Assembly: GCA_964016885.1 (NCBI GenBank)
Contig: OZ024740.1
Coordinates: 408,952,001 to 409,016,000 of the forward strand
Source of the DNA: Eledone cirrhosa
Lineage: Eukaryota
Reading direction: 5' to 3'
DNA length: 64,000 nt
Positions within the stretch are counted from its first letter, which is position 1; each line of letters begins with the position of its first letter. The notes beneath the pieces are model-generated. The model was not told the DNA's origin. It worked only from the letters and a program-made list of their open reading frames with translations, and did no database searches. This document shows, in pieces, positions 13,101 to 28,460 of this stretch. The position numbers and the translations under genes are program-made.

Positions 13101-16100
13101 CTAGAGTCTGTCCAAGAAAGTCATCCCTTTCACCTGTCACTAAGCCTCTACCCAGAGTCTGTCCAAGAATGTCATCCCTTTCACCTGTCATTAAGCCTCT
13201 ACCCAGAGTCTGTCCAAGAATGTCATCCCTTTCACTTGTCACTAAGTCTCTACCCAGAGTCTGTCCAAGAATGTCATCCCTTTCACCTGCCACGAAGCCT
13301 CTGCCCAGAGTCTGTCCAAGAATGTCATCCCTTTCACCTGTCACTAAGTCTCTACCCAGAGTCTGTCCAAGAATGTCATCCCTTTCACCTGCCACTAAGC
13401 CTCTACCCAGAGTCTGTCCAAGAATGTCATCCCTTTCACCTGTCATTAAGCCTCTACCCAGAGTCTGTCCAAGAATGTCATCCCTTTCACCTGCCACTAA
13501 GCCTCTACCCAGAGTCTGTCCAAGAATGTCATCCCTTTCACCTGTCACTAAGCCTCTACCCAGAGTCTGTCCAAGAATGTCATCCCTTTCACCTGTCCCT
13601 AAGTCTCTACCTAGAGTCTGTCCAAGAATGTCATCCCTTTCACCTTTCACTGAGCCTCTACCCAGAGTCTGTCCAAGAATGTCATCCCTTTCACCTGTCA
13701 CTAAGCCTCTACCCTGAGTCTGCTCAAGAATGTCATCCCTTTCACCTGTCACTAAGTCTCTACCCAGAGTTTGTCCAAGAATGTCATCCCTTTCACCTGT
13801 CACTAAGCGTCTACCCAGAGTCTGTCCAAGAATGTCATCCCTTTCACCTGTCATTAAGCCTCTACCCAGAGTCTGTCCAAGAATGTCATCCCTTTCACCT
13901 GTCACTAAGCCTCTACCCTGTGTCTGCTCAAGAATGTCATCCCTTTCACCTGTCACTAAGTCTCTACCCAGAGTTTGTCCAAGAATGTCATCCCTTTCAC
14001 CTGTCACTAAGCCTCTACCCAGAGTCTGTCCGAGAATGTCATCCCTTTCACCTGTCACTAAGCCTCTACACTGAGTCTGCTCAAGAATGTCATCCCTTTC
14101 ACCTGTCACTAAGTCTCTACCCAGAGTTTGTCCAAGAATGTCATCCCTTTCACCTGTCACTAAGCGTCTACCCAGAGTCTGTCCAAGAATGTCATCCCTT
14201 TCACCTGTCATTAAGTCTCTACCCAGAGTCTGTCCAAGAATGTCATCCCTTTCACCTGTCACTAAGCCTCTACCCTGAGTCTGCTCAAGAATGTCATCCC
14301 TTTCACCTGTCACTAAGTCTCTACCCAGAGTTTGTCCAAGAATGTCATCCCTTTCACCTGTCACTAAGCATCTAACCAGAGTCTGTCCAAGAATGTCATC
14401 CCTTTCACCTGTCATTAAGCCTCTACCCAGAGTCTGTCCAAGAATGTCATCCCTTTCACCTGCCACTAAGCCTCTACCCTGAGTCTATCCAAGAATGTCA
14501 TCCTTTTCACCTGTCACTAAGCCTCTACCCAGAGTCTGTCCAAGAATGTCATCCCTTTCACCTGTCACTAAGTCTCTACCCAGAGTCTGTCCAAGAATGT
14601 TATCCCTTTCACCTGTCACTAAGTCTCTACCCAGAGTCTGTCCAAGAATGTCATCCCTTTCACCTGCCACTAAGCCTCTACCCAGAGTCTGTCCAAGAAT
14701 GTCATCCCTTTCACCTGCCACTAAGCCTCTACCCAGAGTCTGTCCAAGAATGTCATCCCTTTCACCTGTCATTAAGCCTCTACCCAGAGTCTGTCCAAGA
14801 ATGTCATCCCTTTCACCTGCCACTAAGCCTCTACGCAGAGTCTGTCCAAGAATGTTATCCCTTTCACCTGTCACTAAGTCTCTACCCAGAGTCTGTCCAA
14901 GAATGTCATCCCTTTCACCTGCCACTAAGCCTCTACCCAGAGTCTGTCCAAGAATGTCATCCCTTTCACCTGCCACTAAGCCTGTACCCAGAGTCTGTCC
15001 AAGAATGTCATCCCTTTCACCTGTCATTAAGCCTCTACCCAGAGTCTGTCCAAGAATGTCATCCCTTTCACCTGCCACTAAGCCTCTACGCAGAGTCTGT
15101 CCAAGAATGTCATCCCTTTCACCTGTCATTAAGCCTCTACCCTGAGTCTGTCCAAGAATGTCATCCCTTTCACCTGTCACTAAGCCTCTACCCAGAGTCT
15201 GTCCAAGAATGTCATCCCTTTCACCTGTCACTAAGCCTATACCCAGAGTCTGTCCAAGGATGTCATCCCTTTCAACTGCCACTAAGCCTCTACCCAGAGT
15301 CTGTCCAAGAATGTCATCCCTTTCACCTGTCACTAAGCCTCTACCCAGAGTCTGTCCAAGAAAGTCATCCCTTTCACCTGTCACTAAGCCTCTAAGCAGA
15401 GTCTGTCCAAGAATGTCATCCCTTTCACCTGCCACTAAGCCTCTACCCAGAGTCTGTCCAAGAATGTCATCCCTTTCTCCTGCCGCTAAGCCTCTACCCA
15501 GAGTCTGTCCAAGAATGTCATCCCTTTCACCTGTCACTAAGCCTCTACCCAGAGTCTGTCCAAGAATGTCATCCCTTTCCCCTGCCACTAAGCCTCTACC
15601 CAGAGTCTGTCCAAGAATGTCATCCCTTTCACCTGTCACTAAGCCTCTAACCAGAGTCTGTCCAAGAATGTCACCCCTTTCACCTGCCACTAAGCCTCTA
15701 GCCAGAGTCTGTCCAAGAATGTCATCCCTTTACCCTGCCACTAAGCCTCTACCCAGAGTCTGCCCAAGAATGTCATCCCTTTCACCTGCCACTAAGCCTC
15801 TACCCAGAGTCTGTCCAAGAAAGTCATCCCTTTCACCTGTCACTAAGCCTCTACCCAGAGTCTGTCGAAGAATGTCATCCCTTTCACCTGCCACTAAGCC
15901 TCTACCCAGAGTCTGTCCAAGAATGTCATCCCTTTCACCTGTCACTAAGCCTCTACCCAGAGTCTGTCCAAGAAAGTCATCCCTTTCACCTGTCACTAAG
16001 CCTCTAACCAGAGTCTGTCCAAGAATGTCATCCCTTTCACCTGTCACTAAGCCTCTACCCAGAGTCTGTCCAAGAATGTCATCCCTTTCCCCTGCCACTA

Positions 16101-19100
16101 AGCCTCTACCCAGAGTCTGTCCAAGAATGTCATCCCTTTCACCTGTCACTAAGCCTCTACCCAGAGTCTGTCCAAGAATGTCATCCCTTTCAACTGCCAC
16201 TAAGTCTCTATCTAGAGTCTGTCCAAGAAAGTCATCCCTTTCACCTGTCACTAAGCCTCTACCCAGAGTCTGTCCAAGAATGTCATACCTTTCACCTGTC
16301 ACTAAGCCTCTACCCAGAGTCTGCCCAAGAATGTCATCCCTTTGACCTGTCACTAAGCCTCTACCCAGAGTCTGTCCAAGAATGTCATCCCTTTCACCTG
16401 TCACTAAGCGTCTACCCAGAGTCTGCCCAAGAATGTCATCCCTTTCACTTGTCACTAAGCCTCTACCCAGAGTCTGCCCAAGAATGTCATCCCGTTCACC
16501 TGCCTCTAAGCCTCTACCCAGAGTCTGTCCAAGAATGTCATCCCTTTCACCTGTCATTAAGCCTCTACCCAGAGTCTGTCCAAGAATGTCATCCCTTTCA
16601 CCTGCCACGAAGCCTCTGCCCAGAGTCTGTCCAAGAATGTCATCCCTTTCACCTGTCACTAAGTCTCTACCCAGAGTCTGTCCAAGAATGTCATCCCTTT
16701 CACCTGCCACTAAGCCTCTACCCAGAGTTTGTCCAAGAATGTCATCCCTTTCACCTGCCACTAAGCCTCTACCCAGAGTCTGTCCAAGAATGTCATCCCT
16801 TTCACCTGTCATTAAGCCTCTACCCAGAGTCTGTCCAAGAATGTCATCCCTTTCACCTGCCACTAAGCCTCTACCCAGAGTCTGTCCAAGAATGTCATCC
16901 CTTTCACCTGTCACTAAGCCTCTACCCAGAGTCTGTCTAAGAATATCATCCCTTTCACCTGCCACTAAGCCTCTACCCAGAGTCTGTCCAAGAATGTCAT
17001 CCCTTTCACCTGCCACTAAGCCTCTACCCAGAGTCTGTCCAAGAATGTTATCCCTTTCACCTGTCACTAAGTCTCTACCCAGAGTCTGTCCAAGAATGTC
17101 ATCCCTTTCACCTGCCACTAAGCCTCTACCCAGAGTCTGTCCAAGAATGTCATCCCTTTCACCTGTCACTAAGCCTCTACCCAGAGTCTGTCCAAGAATG
17201 TCATCCCTTTCACCTGTCACTAAGCCTATACCCAGAGTCTGTCCAAGGATGTCATCCCTTTCAACTGCCACTAAGCCTCTACCCAGAGTCTGTCCAAGAA
17301 TGTCATCCCTTTCACCTGTCACTAAGCCTCTACCCAGAGTCTGTCCAAGAAAGTCATCCCTTTCACCTGTCACTAAGCCTCTAAGCAGAGTCTGTCCAAG
17401 AATGTCATCCCTTTCACCTGCCACTAAGCCTCTACCCAGAGTCTGTCCAAGAATGTCATCCCTTTCTCCTGCCGCTAAGCCTCTACCCAGAGTCTGTCCA
17501 AGAATGTCATCCCTTTCACCTGTCACTAAGCCTCTACCCAGAGTCTGTCCAAGAATGTCATCCCTTTCCCCTGCCACTAAGCCTCTACCCAGAGTCTGTC
17601 CAAGAATGTCATCCCTTTCACCTGTCACTAAGCCTCTAACCAGAGTCTGTCCAAGAATGTCATCCCTTTCACCTGTCACTAAGCCTCTACCCTGAGTCTG
17701 CTCAAGAATGTCATCCCTTTCACCTGTCACTAAGTCTCTACCCAGAGTTTGTCCAAGAATGTCATCCCTTTCACCTGTCACTAAGCATCTAACCAGAGTC
17801 TGTCCAAGAATGTCATCCCTTTCACCTGTCATTAAGCCTCTACCCAGAGTCTGTCCAAGAATGTCATCCCTTTCACCTGCCACTAAGCCTCTACCCTGAG
17901 TCTATCCAAGAATGTCATCCTTTTCACCTGTCACTAAGCCTCTACCCAGAGTCTGTCCAAGAATGTCATCCCTTTCACCTGCCACTAAGCCTCTACCCAG
18001 AGTCTGTCCAAGAATGTCATCCCTTTCACCTGTCATTAAGCCTCTACCCAGAGTCTGTCCAAGAATGTCATCCCTTTCACCTGCCACTAAGCCTCTACGC
18101 AGAGTCTGTCCAAGAATGTTATCCCTTTCACCTGTCACTAAGTCTCTACCCAGAGTCTGTCCAAGAATGTCATCCCTTTCACCTGCCACTAAGCCTCTAC
18201 CCAGAGTCTGTCCAAGAATGTCATCCCTTTCACCTGCCACTAAGCCTGTACCCAGAGTCTGTCCAAGAATGTCATCCCTTTCACCTGTCATTAAGCCTCT
18301 ACCCAGAGTCTGTCCAAGAATGTCATCCCTTTCACCTGCCACTAAGCCTCTACGCAGAGTCTGTCCAAGAATGTCATCCCTTTCACCTGTCATTAAGCCT
18401 CTACCCTGAGTCTGTCCAAGAATGTCATCCCTTTCACCTGTCACTAAGCCTCTACCCAGAGTCTGTCCAAGAATGTCATCCCTTTCACCTGTCACTAAGC
18501 CTATACCCAGAGTCTGTCCAAGGATGTCATCCCTTTCAACTGCCACTAAGCCTCTACCCAGAGTCTGTCCAAGAATGTCATCCCTTTCACCTGTCACTAA
18601 GCCTCTACCCAGAGTCTGTCCAAGAAAGTCATCCCTTTCACCTGTCACTAAGCCTCTAAGCAGAGTCTGTCCAAGAATGTCATCCCTTTCACCTGCCACT
18701 AAGCCTCTACCCAGAGTCTGTCCAAGAATGTCATCCCTTTCTCCTGCCGCTAAGCCTCTACCCAGAGTCTGTCCAAGAATGTCATCCCTTTCACCTGTCA
18801 CTAAGCCTCTACCCAGAGTCTGTCCAAGAATGTCATCCCTTTCCCCTGCCACTAAGCCTCTACCCAGAGTCTGTCCAAGAATGTCATCCCTTTCACCTGT
18901 CACTAAGCCTCTAACCAGAGTCTGTCCAAGAATGTCACCCCTTTCACCTGCCACTAAGCCTCTAGCCAGAGTCTGTCCAAGAATGTCATCCCTTTACCCT
19001 GCCACTAAGCCTCTACCCAGAGTCTGCCCAAGAATGTCATCCCTTTCACCTGCCACTAAGCCTCTACCCAGAGTCTGTCCAAGAAAGTCATCCCTTTCAC

Positions 19101-21229
19101 CTGTCACTAAGCCTCTACCCAGAGTCTGCCGAAGAATGTCATCCCTTTCACCTGCCACTAAGCCTCTACCCAGAGTCTGTCCAAGAATGTCATCCCTTTC
19201 ACCTGTCACTAAGCCTCTACCCAGAGTCTGTCCAAGAAAGTCATCCCTTTCACCTGTCACTAAGCCTCTACCCAGAGTCTGTCCAAGAATGTCATCCCTT
19301 TCCCCTGCCACTAAGCCTCTACCCAGAGTCTGTCCAAGAATGTCATCCCTTTCACCTGTCACTAAGCCTCTACCCAGAGTCTGTCCAAGAATGTCATCCC
19401 TTTCAACTGCCACTAAGTCTCTATCTAGAGTCTGTCCAAGAAAGTCATCCCTTTCACCTGTCACTAAGCCTCTACCCAGAGTCTGTCCAAGAATGTCATA
19501 CCTTTCACCTGTCACTAAGCCTCTACCCAGAGTCTGCCCAAGAATGTCATCCCTTTGACCTGTCACTAAGCCTCTACCCAGAGTCTGTCCAAGAATGTCA
19601 TCCCTTTCACCTGTCACTAAGCGTCTACCCAGAGTCTGCCCAAGAATGTCATCCCTTTCACTTGTCACTAAGCCTCTACCCAGAGTCTGCCCAAGAATGT
19701 CATCCCTTTCACCTGCCTCTAAGCCTCTACCCAGAGTCTGTCCAAGAATGTCATCCCTTTCACCTGTCATTAAGCCTCTACCCAGAGTCTGTCCAAGAAT
19801 GTCATCCCTTTCACCTGCCACGAAGCCTCTGCCCAGAGTCTGTCCAAGAATGTCATCCCTTTCACCTGTCACTAAGTCTCTACCCAGAGTCTGTCCAAGA
19901 ATGTCATCCCTTTCACCTGCCACTAAGCCTCTACCCAGAGTCTGTCCAAGAATGTCATCCCTTTCACCTGTCATTAAGCCTCTACCCAGAGTCTGTCCAA
20001 GAATGTCATCCCTTTCACCTGCCACTAAGCCTCTACCCAGAGTCTGTCCAAGAATGTCATCCCTTTCACCTGTCACTAAGCCTCTACCCAGAGTCTGTCT
20101 AAGAATATCATCCCTTTCACCTGCCACTAAGCCTCTACCCAGAGTCTGTCCAAGAATGTCATCCCTTTCACCTGCCACTAAGCCTCTACCCAGAGTCTGT
20201 CCAAGAATGTTATCCCTTTCACCTGTCACTAAGTCTCTACCCAGAGTCTGTCCAAGAATGTCATCCCTTTCACCTGCCACTAAGCCTCTACCCAGAGTCT
20301 GTCCAAGAATGTCATCCCTTTCACCTGTCACTAAGCCTCTACCCAGAGTCTGTCCAAGAATGTCATCCCTTTCACCTGTCACTAAGCCTATACCCAGAGT
20401 CTGTCCAAGGATGTCATCCCTTTCAACTGCCACTAAGCCTCTACCCAGAGTCTGTCCAAGAATGTCATCCCTTTCACCTGTCACTAAGCCTCTACCCAGA
20501 GTCTGTCCAAGAAAGTCATCCCTTTCACCTGTCACTAAGCCTCTAAGCAGAGTCTGTCCAAGAATGTCATCCCTTTCACCTGCCACTAAGCCTCTACCCA
20601 GAGTCTGTCCATGAATGTCATCCCTTTCTCCTGCCGCTAAGCCTCTACCCAGAGTCTGTCCAAGAATGTCATCCCTTTCACCTGTCACTAAGCCTCTACC
20701 CAGAGTCTGTCCAAGAATGTCATCCCTTTCCCCTGCCACTAAGCCTCTACCCAGAGTCTGTCCAAGAATGTCATCCCTTTCACCTGTCACTAAGCCTCTA
20801 ACCAGAGTCTGTCCAAGAATGTCACCCCTTTCACCTGCCACTAAGCCTCTAGCCAGAGTCTGTCCAAGAATGTCATCCCTTTACCCTGCCACTAAGCCTC
20901 TACCCAGAGTCTGCCCAAGAATGTCATCCCTTTCACCTGCCACTAAGCCTCTACCCAGAGTCTGTCCAAGAAAGTCATCCCTTTCACCTGTCACTAAGCC
21001 TCTACCCAGAGTCTGCCGAAGAATGTCATCCCTTTCACCTGCCACTAAGCCTCTACCCAGAGTCTGTCCAAGAATGTCATCCCTTTCACCTGTCACTAAG
21101 CCTCTACCCAGAGTCTGTCCAAGAAAGTCATCCCTTTCACCTGTCACTAAGCCTCTAACCAGAGTCTGTCCAAGAATGTCATCCCTTTCACCTGTCACTA
21201 AGCCTCTACCCAGAGTCTGTCCAAGAATG

Positions 21230-24200
21230 TCATCCCTTTCCCCTGCCACTAAGCCTCTACCCAGAGTCTGTCCAAGAATGTCATCCCTTTCAACTGCCAC
21301 TAAGTCTCTATCTAGAGTCTGTCCAAGAAAGTCATCCCTTTCACCTGTCACTAAGCCTCTACCCAGAGTCTGTCCAAGAATGTCATACCTTTCACCTGTC
21401 ACTAAGCCTCTACGCAGAGTCTGCCCAAGAATGTCATCCCTTTGACCTGTCACTAAGCCTCTACCCAGAGTCTGTCCAAGAATGTCATCCCTTTCACCTG
21501 TCACTAAGCGTCTACCCAGAGTCTGCCCAAGAATGTCATCCCTTTCACTTGTCACTAAGCCTCTACCCAGAGTCTGCCCAAGAATGTCATCCCTTTCACC
21601 TGCCTCTAAGCCTCTACCCAGAGTCTGTCCAAGAATGTCATCCCTTTCACCTGTCATTAAGCCTCTACCCAGAGTCTGTCCAAGAATGTCATCCCTTTCA
21701 CCTGCCACGAAGCCTCTGCCCAGAGTCTGTCCAAGAATGTCATCCCTTTCACCTGTCACTAAGTCTCTACCCAGAGTCTGTCCAAGAATGTCATCCCTTT
21801 CACCTGCCACTAAGCCTCTACCCAGAGTCTGTCCAAGAATGTCATCCCTTTCACCTGTCATTAAGCCTCTACCCAGAGTCTGTCCAAGAATGTCATCCCT
21901 TTCACCTGCCACTAAGCCTCTACCCAGAGTCTGTCCAAGAATGTCATCCCTTTCACCTGTCACTAAGCCTCTACCCAGAGTCTGTCTAAGAATATCATCC
22001 CTTTCACCTGCCACTAAGCCTCTACCCAGAGTCTGTCCAAGAATGTCATCCCTTTCACCTGCCACTAAGCCTCTACCCAGAGTCTGTCCAAGAATGTCAT
22101 CCCTTTCACCTGTCATTAAGCCTCTACCCAGAGTCTGTCCAAGAATGTCATCCCTTTCACCTGCCACTAAGGCTCTACCCAGAGTCTGTCCAAGAATGTC
22201 ATCCCTTTCACCTGCCACTAAGCCTCTACCCAGAGTCTGCCCAAGAATGTCATCCCTTTCACCTGTCACTAAGCCTCTAACCAGAGTCTGTCCAAGAATG
22301 TCATCCCTTTCACCTGCCACTAAGCCTCTAGCCAGAGTCTGTCCAAGAATGTCATCCCTTTACCCTGCCACTAAGCCTCTACCCAGAGTCTGCCCAAGAA
22401 TGTCATCCCTCTCACCTGCCACTAAGCCTCTACCCAGAGTCTGTCCAAGAAAGTCATCCCTTTCACCTGTCACTAAGCCTCTACCCAGAGTCTGCCGAAG
22501 AATGTCATCCCTTTCACCTGCCACTAAGCCTCTACCCAGAGTCTGTCCAAGAATGTCATCCCTTTCACCTGTCACTAAGCCTCTACCCAGAGTCTGTCCA
22601 AGAATGTCATCCCTTTCCCCTGCCACTAAGCCTCTACCCAGAGTCTGTCCAAGAATGTCATCCCTTTCACCTGTCACTAAGCCTCTATCCAGAGTCTGTC
22701 CAAGAATGTCATCCCTTTCAACTGCCACTAAGCCTCTATCTAGAGTCTGTCCAAGAAAGTCATCCCTTTCACCTGTCACTAAGCCTCTACCCAGAGTCTG
22801 TCCAAGAATGTCATACCTTTCACCTGTCACTAAGCCTCTACCCAGAGTCTGCCCAAGAATGTCATCCCTTTGACCTGTCACTAAGCCTCTACCCAGAGTC
22901 TGTCCAAGAATGTCATCCCTTTCACCTGTCACTAAGCGTCTACCCAGAGTCTGCCCAAGAATGTCATCCCTTTCACCTGCCACTAAGCCTCTACCCAGAG
23001 TCTGTCCAAGAATGTCATCCCTTTCACCTGTCACTAAGCGTCTACCCAGAGTCTGCCCAAGATTGTCATACCTTTCACCTGTCACTAAGCCTCTACCCAG
23101 AGTCTGCCCAAGAATGTCATCCCTTTGACCTGTCACTAAGCCTCTACCCAGAGTCTGTCCAAGAATGTCATCCCTTTCACCTGTCACTAAGCGTCTACCC
23201 AGAGTCTGCCGAAGAATGTCATCCCTTTCACCTGCCACTAAGCCTCTACCCAGAGTCTGTCCAAGAATGTCATCCCTTTCACCTGTCATTAAGCCTCTAC
23301 CCAGAGTCTGTCCAAGAATGTCATCCCTTTCACCTGCCACGAAGCCTCTGCCCAGAGTCTGTCCAAGAATGTCATCCCTTTCACCTGTCACTAAGTCTCT
23401 ACCCAGAGTCTGTCCAAGAATGTCATCCCTTTCACCTGCCACTAAGCCTCTACCCAGAGTCTGTCCAAGAATGTCATCCCTTTCACCTGTCACTAAGCCT
23501 CTACCCAGAGTCTGTCTAAGAATATCATCCCTTTCACCTGCCACTAAGCCTCTACCCAGAGTCTGTCCAAGAATGTCATCCCTTTCCCCTGCCACTAAGC
23601 CTCTACCCAGAGTCTGTCCAAGAATGTCATCCCTTTCAACTGCCACTAAGTCTCTATCTAGAGTCTGTCCAAGAAAGTCATCCCTTTCACCTGTCACTAA
23701 GCCTCTACCCAGAGTCTGTCCAAGAATGTCATACCTTTCACCTGTCACTAAGCCTCTACGCAGAGTCTGCCCAAGAATGTCATCCCTTTGACCTGTCACT
23801 AAGCCTCTACCCAGAGTCTGTCCAAGAATGTCATCCCTTTCACCTGTCACTAAGCGTCTACCCAGAGTCTGCCCAAGAATGTCATCCCTTTCACTTGTCA
23901 CTAAGCCTCTACCCAGAGTCTGCCCAAGAATGTCATCCCTTTCACCTGCCTCTAAGCCTCTACCCAGAGTCTGTCCAAGAATGTCATCCCTTTCACCTGT
24001 CATTAAGCCTCTACCCAGAGTCTGTCCAAGAATGTCATCCCTTTCACCTGCCACGAAGCCTCTGCCCAGAGTCTGTCCAAGAATGTCATCCCTTTCACCT
24101 GTCACTAAGTCTCTACCCAGAGTCTGTCCAAGAATGTCATCCCTTTCACCTGCCACTAAGCCTCTACCCAGAGTCTGTCCAAGAATGTCATCCCTTTCAC

Positions 24201-25920
24201 CTGTCATTAAGCCTCTACCCAGAGTCTGTCCAAGAATGTCATCCCTTTCACCTGCCACTAAGCCTCTACCCAGAGTCTGTCCAAGAATGTCATCCCTTTC
24301 ACCTGTCACTAAGCCTCTACCCAGAGTCTGTCTAAGAATATCATCCCTTTCACCTGCCACTAAGCCTCTACCCAGAGTCTGTCCAAGAATGTCATCCCTT
24401 TCACCTGCCACTAAGCCTCTACCCAGAGTCTGTCCAAGAATGTCATCCCTTTCACCTGTCATTAAGCCTCTACCCAGAGTCTGTCCAAGAATGTCATCCC
24501 TTTCACCTGCCACTAAGGCTCTACCCAGAGTCTGTCCAAGAATGTCATCCCTTTCACCTGCCACTAAGCCTCTACCCAGAGTCTGCCCAAGAATGTCATC
24601 CCTTTCACCTGTCACTAAGCCTCTAACCAGAGTCTGTCCAAGAATGTCATCCCTTTCACCTGCCACTAAGCCTCTAGCCAGAGTCTGTCCAAGAATGTCA
24701 TCCCTTTACCCTGCCACTAAGCCTCTACCCAGAGTCTGCCCAAGAATGTCATCCCTCTCACCTGCCACTAAGCCTCTACCCAGAGTCTGTCCAAGAAAGT
24801 CATCCCTTTCACCTGTCACTAAGCCTCTACCCAGAGTCTGCCGAAGAATGTCATCCCTTTCACCTGCCACTAAGCCTCTACCCAGAGTCTGTCCAAGAAT
24901 GTCATCCCTTTCACCTGTCACTAAGCCTCTACCCAGAGTCTGTCCAAGAATGTCATCCCTTTCCCCTGCCACTAAGCCTCTACCCAGAGTCTGTCCAAGA
25001 ATGTCATCCCTTTCACCTGTCACTAAGCCTCTATCCAGAGTCTGTCCAAGAATGTCATCCCTTTCAACTGCCACTAAGCCTCTATCTAGAGTCTGTCCAA
25101 GAAAGTCATCCCTTTCACCTGTCACTAAGCCTCTACCCAGAGTCTGTCCAAGAATGTCATACCTTTCACCTGTCACTAAGCCTCTACCCAGAGTCTGCCC
25201 AAGAATGTCATCCCTTTGACCTGTCACTAAGCCTCTACCCAGAGTCTGTCCAAGAATGTCATCCCTTTCACCTGTCACTAAGCGTCTACCCAGAGTCTGC
25301 CCAAGAATGTCATCCCTTTCACCTGCCACTAAGCCTCTACCCAGAGTCTGTCCAAGAATGTCATCCCTTTCACCTGTCACTAAGCGTCTACCCAGAGTCT
25401 GCCCAAGATTGTCATACCTTTCACCTGTCACTAAGCCTCTACCCAGAGTCTGCCCAAGAATGTCATCCCTTTGACCTGTCACTAAGCCTCTACCCAGAGT
25501 CTGTCCAAGAATGTCATCCCTTTCACCTGTCACTAAGCGTCTACCCAGAGTCTGCCGAAGAATGTCATCCCTTTCACCTGCCACTAAGCCTCTACCCAGA
25601 GTCTGTCCAAGAATGTCATCCCTTTCACCTGTCATTAAGCCTCTACCCAGAGTCTGTCCAAGAATGTCATCCCTTTCACCTGCCACGAAGCCTCTGCCCA
25701 GAGTCTGTCCAAGAATGTCATCCCTTTCACCTGTCACTAAGTCTCTACCCAGAGTCTGTCCAAGAATGTCATCCCTTTCACCTGCCACTAAGCCTCTACC
25801 CAGAGTCTGTCCAAGAATGTCATCCCTTTCACCTGTCACTAAGCCTCTACCCAGAGTCTGTCTAAGAATATCATCCCTTTCACCTGCCACTAAGCCTCTA
25901 CCCAGAGTCTGTCCAAGAAT
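21230..25920. repeat. 46-monomer (2,346-bp) duplication, repeated again at ~33724-38414
   Basis: Identical ORFs 21482..22873 and 23828..25219. The private variant AAGGCTCT occurs at ~22171 and ~24517. Offset 2346 = 46x51. Confidence 0.85.
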
Positions 25921-28460
25921 GTCATCCCTTTCACCTGCCACTAAGTCTCTACCTAGAGTCTGTCCAAGAATGTCATCCCTTTCACCTGTCACTAAGCCTC
26001 TACCCAGAGTCTGTCCAAGAATGTCACCCCTTTCACCTGTCACTAAGTCTCTACCTAGAGTCTGTCCAAGAATGTCATCCCTTTCACCTGTCACTGAGCC
26101 TCTACCCAGAGTCTGTCCAAGAATGTCATCCCTTTCACCTGTCACTAAGCCTCTACCCTGAGTCTCCTCAAGAATGTCATCCCTTTCACCTGTCACTAAG
26201 TCTCTACCCAGAGTTTGTCCAAGAATGTCATCCCTTTCACCTGTCACTAAGCGTCTACCCAGAGTCTGTCCAAGAATGTCATCCCTTTCACCTGTCATTA
26301 AGCCTCTACCCAGAGTCTGTCCAAGAATGTCATCCCTTTCACCTGTCACTAAGCCTCTACCCTGTGTCTGCTCAAGAATGTCATCCCTTTCACCTGTCAC
26401 TAAGTCTCTACCCAGAGTTTGTCCAAGAATGTCATCCCTTTCACCTGTCACTAAGCATCTAACCAGAGTCTGTCCAAAAATGTCATCCCTTTCACCTGTC
26501 ATTAAGCCTCTACCCAGAGTCTGTCCAAGAATGTCATCCCTTTCACCTGCCACTAAGCCTCTACCCTGAGTCTATCCAACAATGTCATCCCTTTTACCTG
26601 TCACTAAGCCTCTACCCAGAGTCTGTCCAAGAATGTCATCCCTTTCACCTGTCACTAAGTCTCTACCCAGAGTCTGTCCAAGAATGTTATCCCTTTCACC
26701 TGTCACTAAGTCTCTACCCAGAGTCTGTCCAAGAATGTCATCCCTTTCACCTGCCACTAAGCCTTTACCCAGAGTCTGTCCAAGAAAGTCATCCCTTTCA
26801 CCTGTCACTAAGCCTCTACCCAGAGTCTGTCCAAGAATGTCATACCTTTCACCTGTCACTAAGCCTCTACCCAGAGTCTGCCCAAGAATGTCATCCCTTT
26901 GACCTGTCACTAAGCCTCTACCCAGAGTCTGTCCAAGAATGTCATCCCTTTCACCTGTCACTAAGCGTCTACCCAGAGTCTGCCCAAGAATGTCATCCCT
27001 TTCACCTGCCACTAAGCCTCTACCCAGAGTCTGTCCAAGAATGTCATCCCTTTCACCTGTCACTAAGCGTCTACCCAGAGTCTGCCCAAGATTGTCATAC
27101 CTTTCACCTGTCACTAAGCCTCTACCCAGAGTCTGCCCAAGAATGTCATCCCTTTGACCTGTCACTAAGCCTCTACCCAGAGTCTGTCCAAGAATGTCAT
27201 CCCTTTCACCTGTCACTAAGCGTCTACCCAGAGTCTGCCGAAGAATGTCATCCCTTTCACCTGCCACTAAGCCTCTACCCAGAGTCTGTCCAAGAATGTC
27301 ATCCCTTTCACCTGTCATTAAGCCTCTACCCAGAGTCTGTCCAAGAATGTCATCCCTTTCACCTGCCACGAAGCCTCTGCCCAGAGTCTGTCCAAGAATG
27401 TCATCCCTTTCACCTGTCACTAAGTCTCTACCCAGAGTCTGTCCAAGAATGTCATCCCTTTCACCTGCCACTAAGCCTCTACCCAGAGTCTGTCCAAGAA
27501 TGTCATCCCTTTCACCTGTCACTAAGCCTCTACCCAGAGTCTGTCTAAGAATATCATCCCTTTCACCTGCCACTAAGCCTCTACCCAGAGTCTGTCCAAG
27601 AATGTCATCCCTTTCACCTGCCACTAAGTCTCTACCTAGAGTCTGTCCAAGAATGTCATCCCTTTCACCTGTCACTAAGCCTCTACCCAGAGTCTGTCCA
27701 AGAATGTCACCCCTTTCACCTGTCACTAAGTCTCTACCTAGAGTCTGTCCAAGAATGTCATCCCTTTCACCTGTCACTGAGCCTCTACCCAGAGTCTGTC
27801 CAAGAATGTCATCCCTTTCACCTGTCACTAAGCCTCTACCCTGAGTCTCCTCAAGAATGTCATCCCTTTCACCTGTCACTAAGTCTCTACCCAGAGTTTG
27901 TCCAAGAATGTCATCCCTTTCACCTGTCACTAAGCGTCTACCCAGAGTCTGTCCAAGAATGTCATCCCTTTCACCTGTCATTAAGCCTCTACCCAGAGTC
28001 TGTCCAAGAATGTCATCCCTTTCACCTGTCACTAAGCCTCTACCCTGTGTCTGCTCAAGAATGTCATCCCTTTCACCTGTCACTAAGTCTCTACCCAGAG
28101 TTTGTCCAAGAATGTCATCCCTTTCACCTGTCACTAAGCATCTAACCAGAGTCTGTCCAAAAATGTCATCCCTTTCACCTGTCATTAAGCCTCTACCCAG
28201 AGTCTGTCCAAGAATGTCATCCCTTTCACCTGCCACTAAGCCTCTACCCTGAGTCTATCCAACAATGTCATCCCTTTTACCTGTCACTAAGCCTCTACCC
28301 AGAGTCTGTCCAAGAATGTCATCCCTTTCACCTGTCACTAAGTCTCTACCCAGAGTCTGTCCAAGAATGTTATCCCTTTCACCTGTCACTAAGTCTCTAC
28401 CCAGAGTCTGTCCAAGAATGTCATCCCTTTCACCTGCCACTAAGCCTTTACCCAGAGTCT
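25100..28460. repeat. 33-monomer (1,683-bp) duplication, repeated again at ~37594-40954
   Basis: ORF starts 25256/26939, 25511/27194, 26174/27857 and 26582/28265 recur at offset 1683 = 33x51. Private variant GTCTCCTCAAG is shared. Confidence 0.85.
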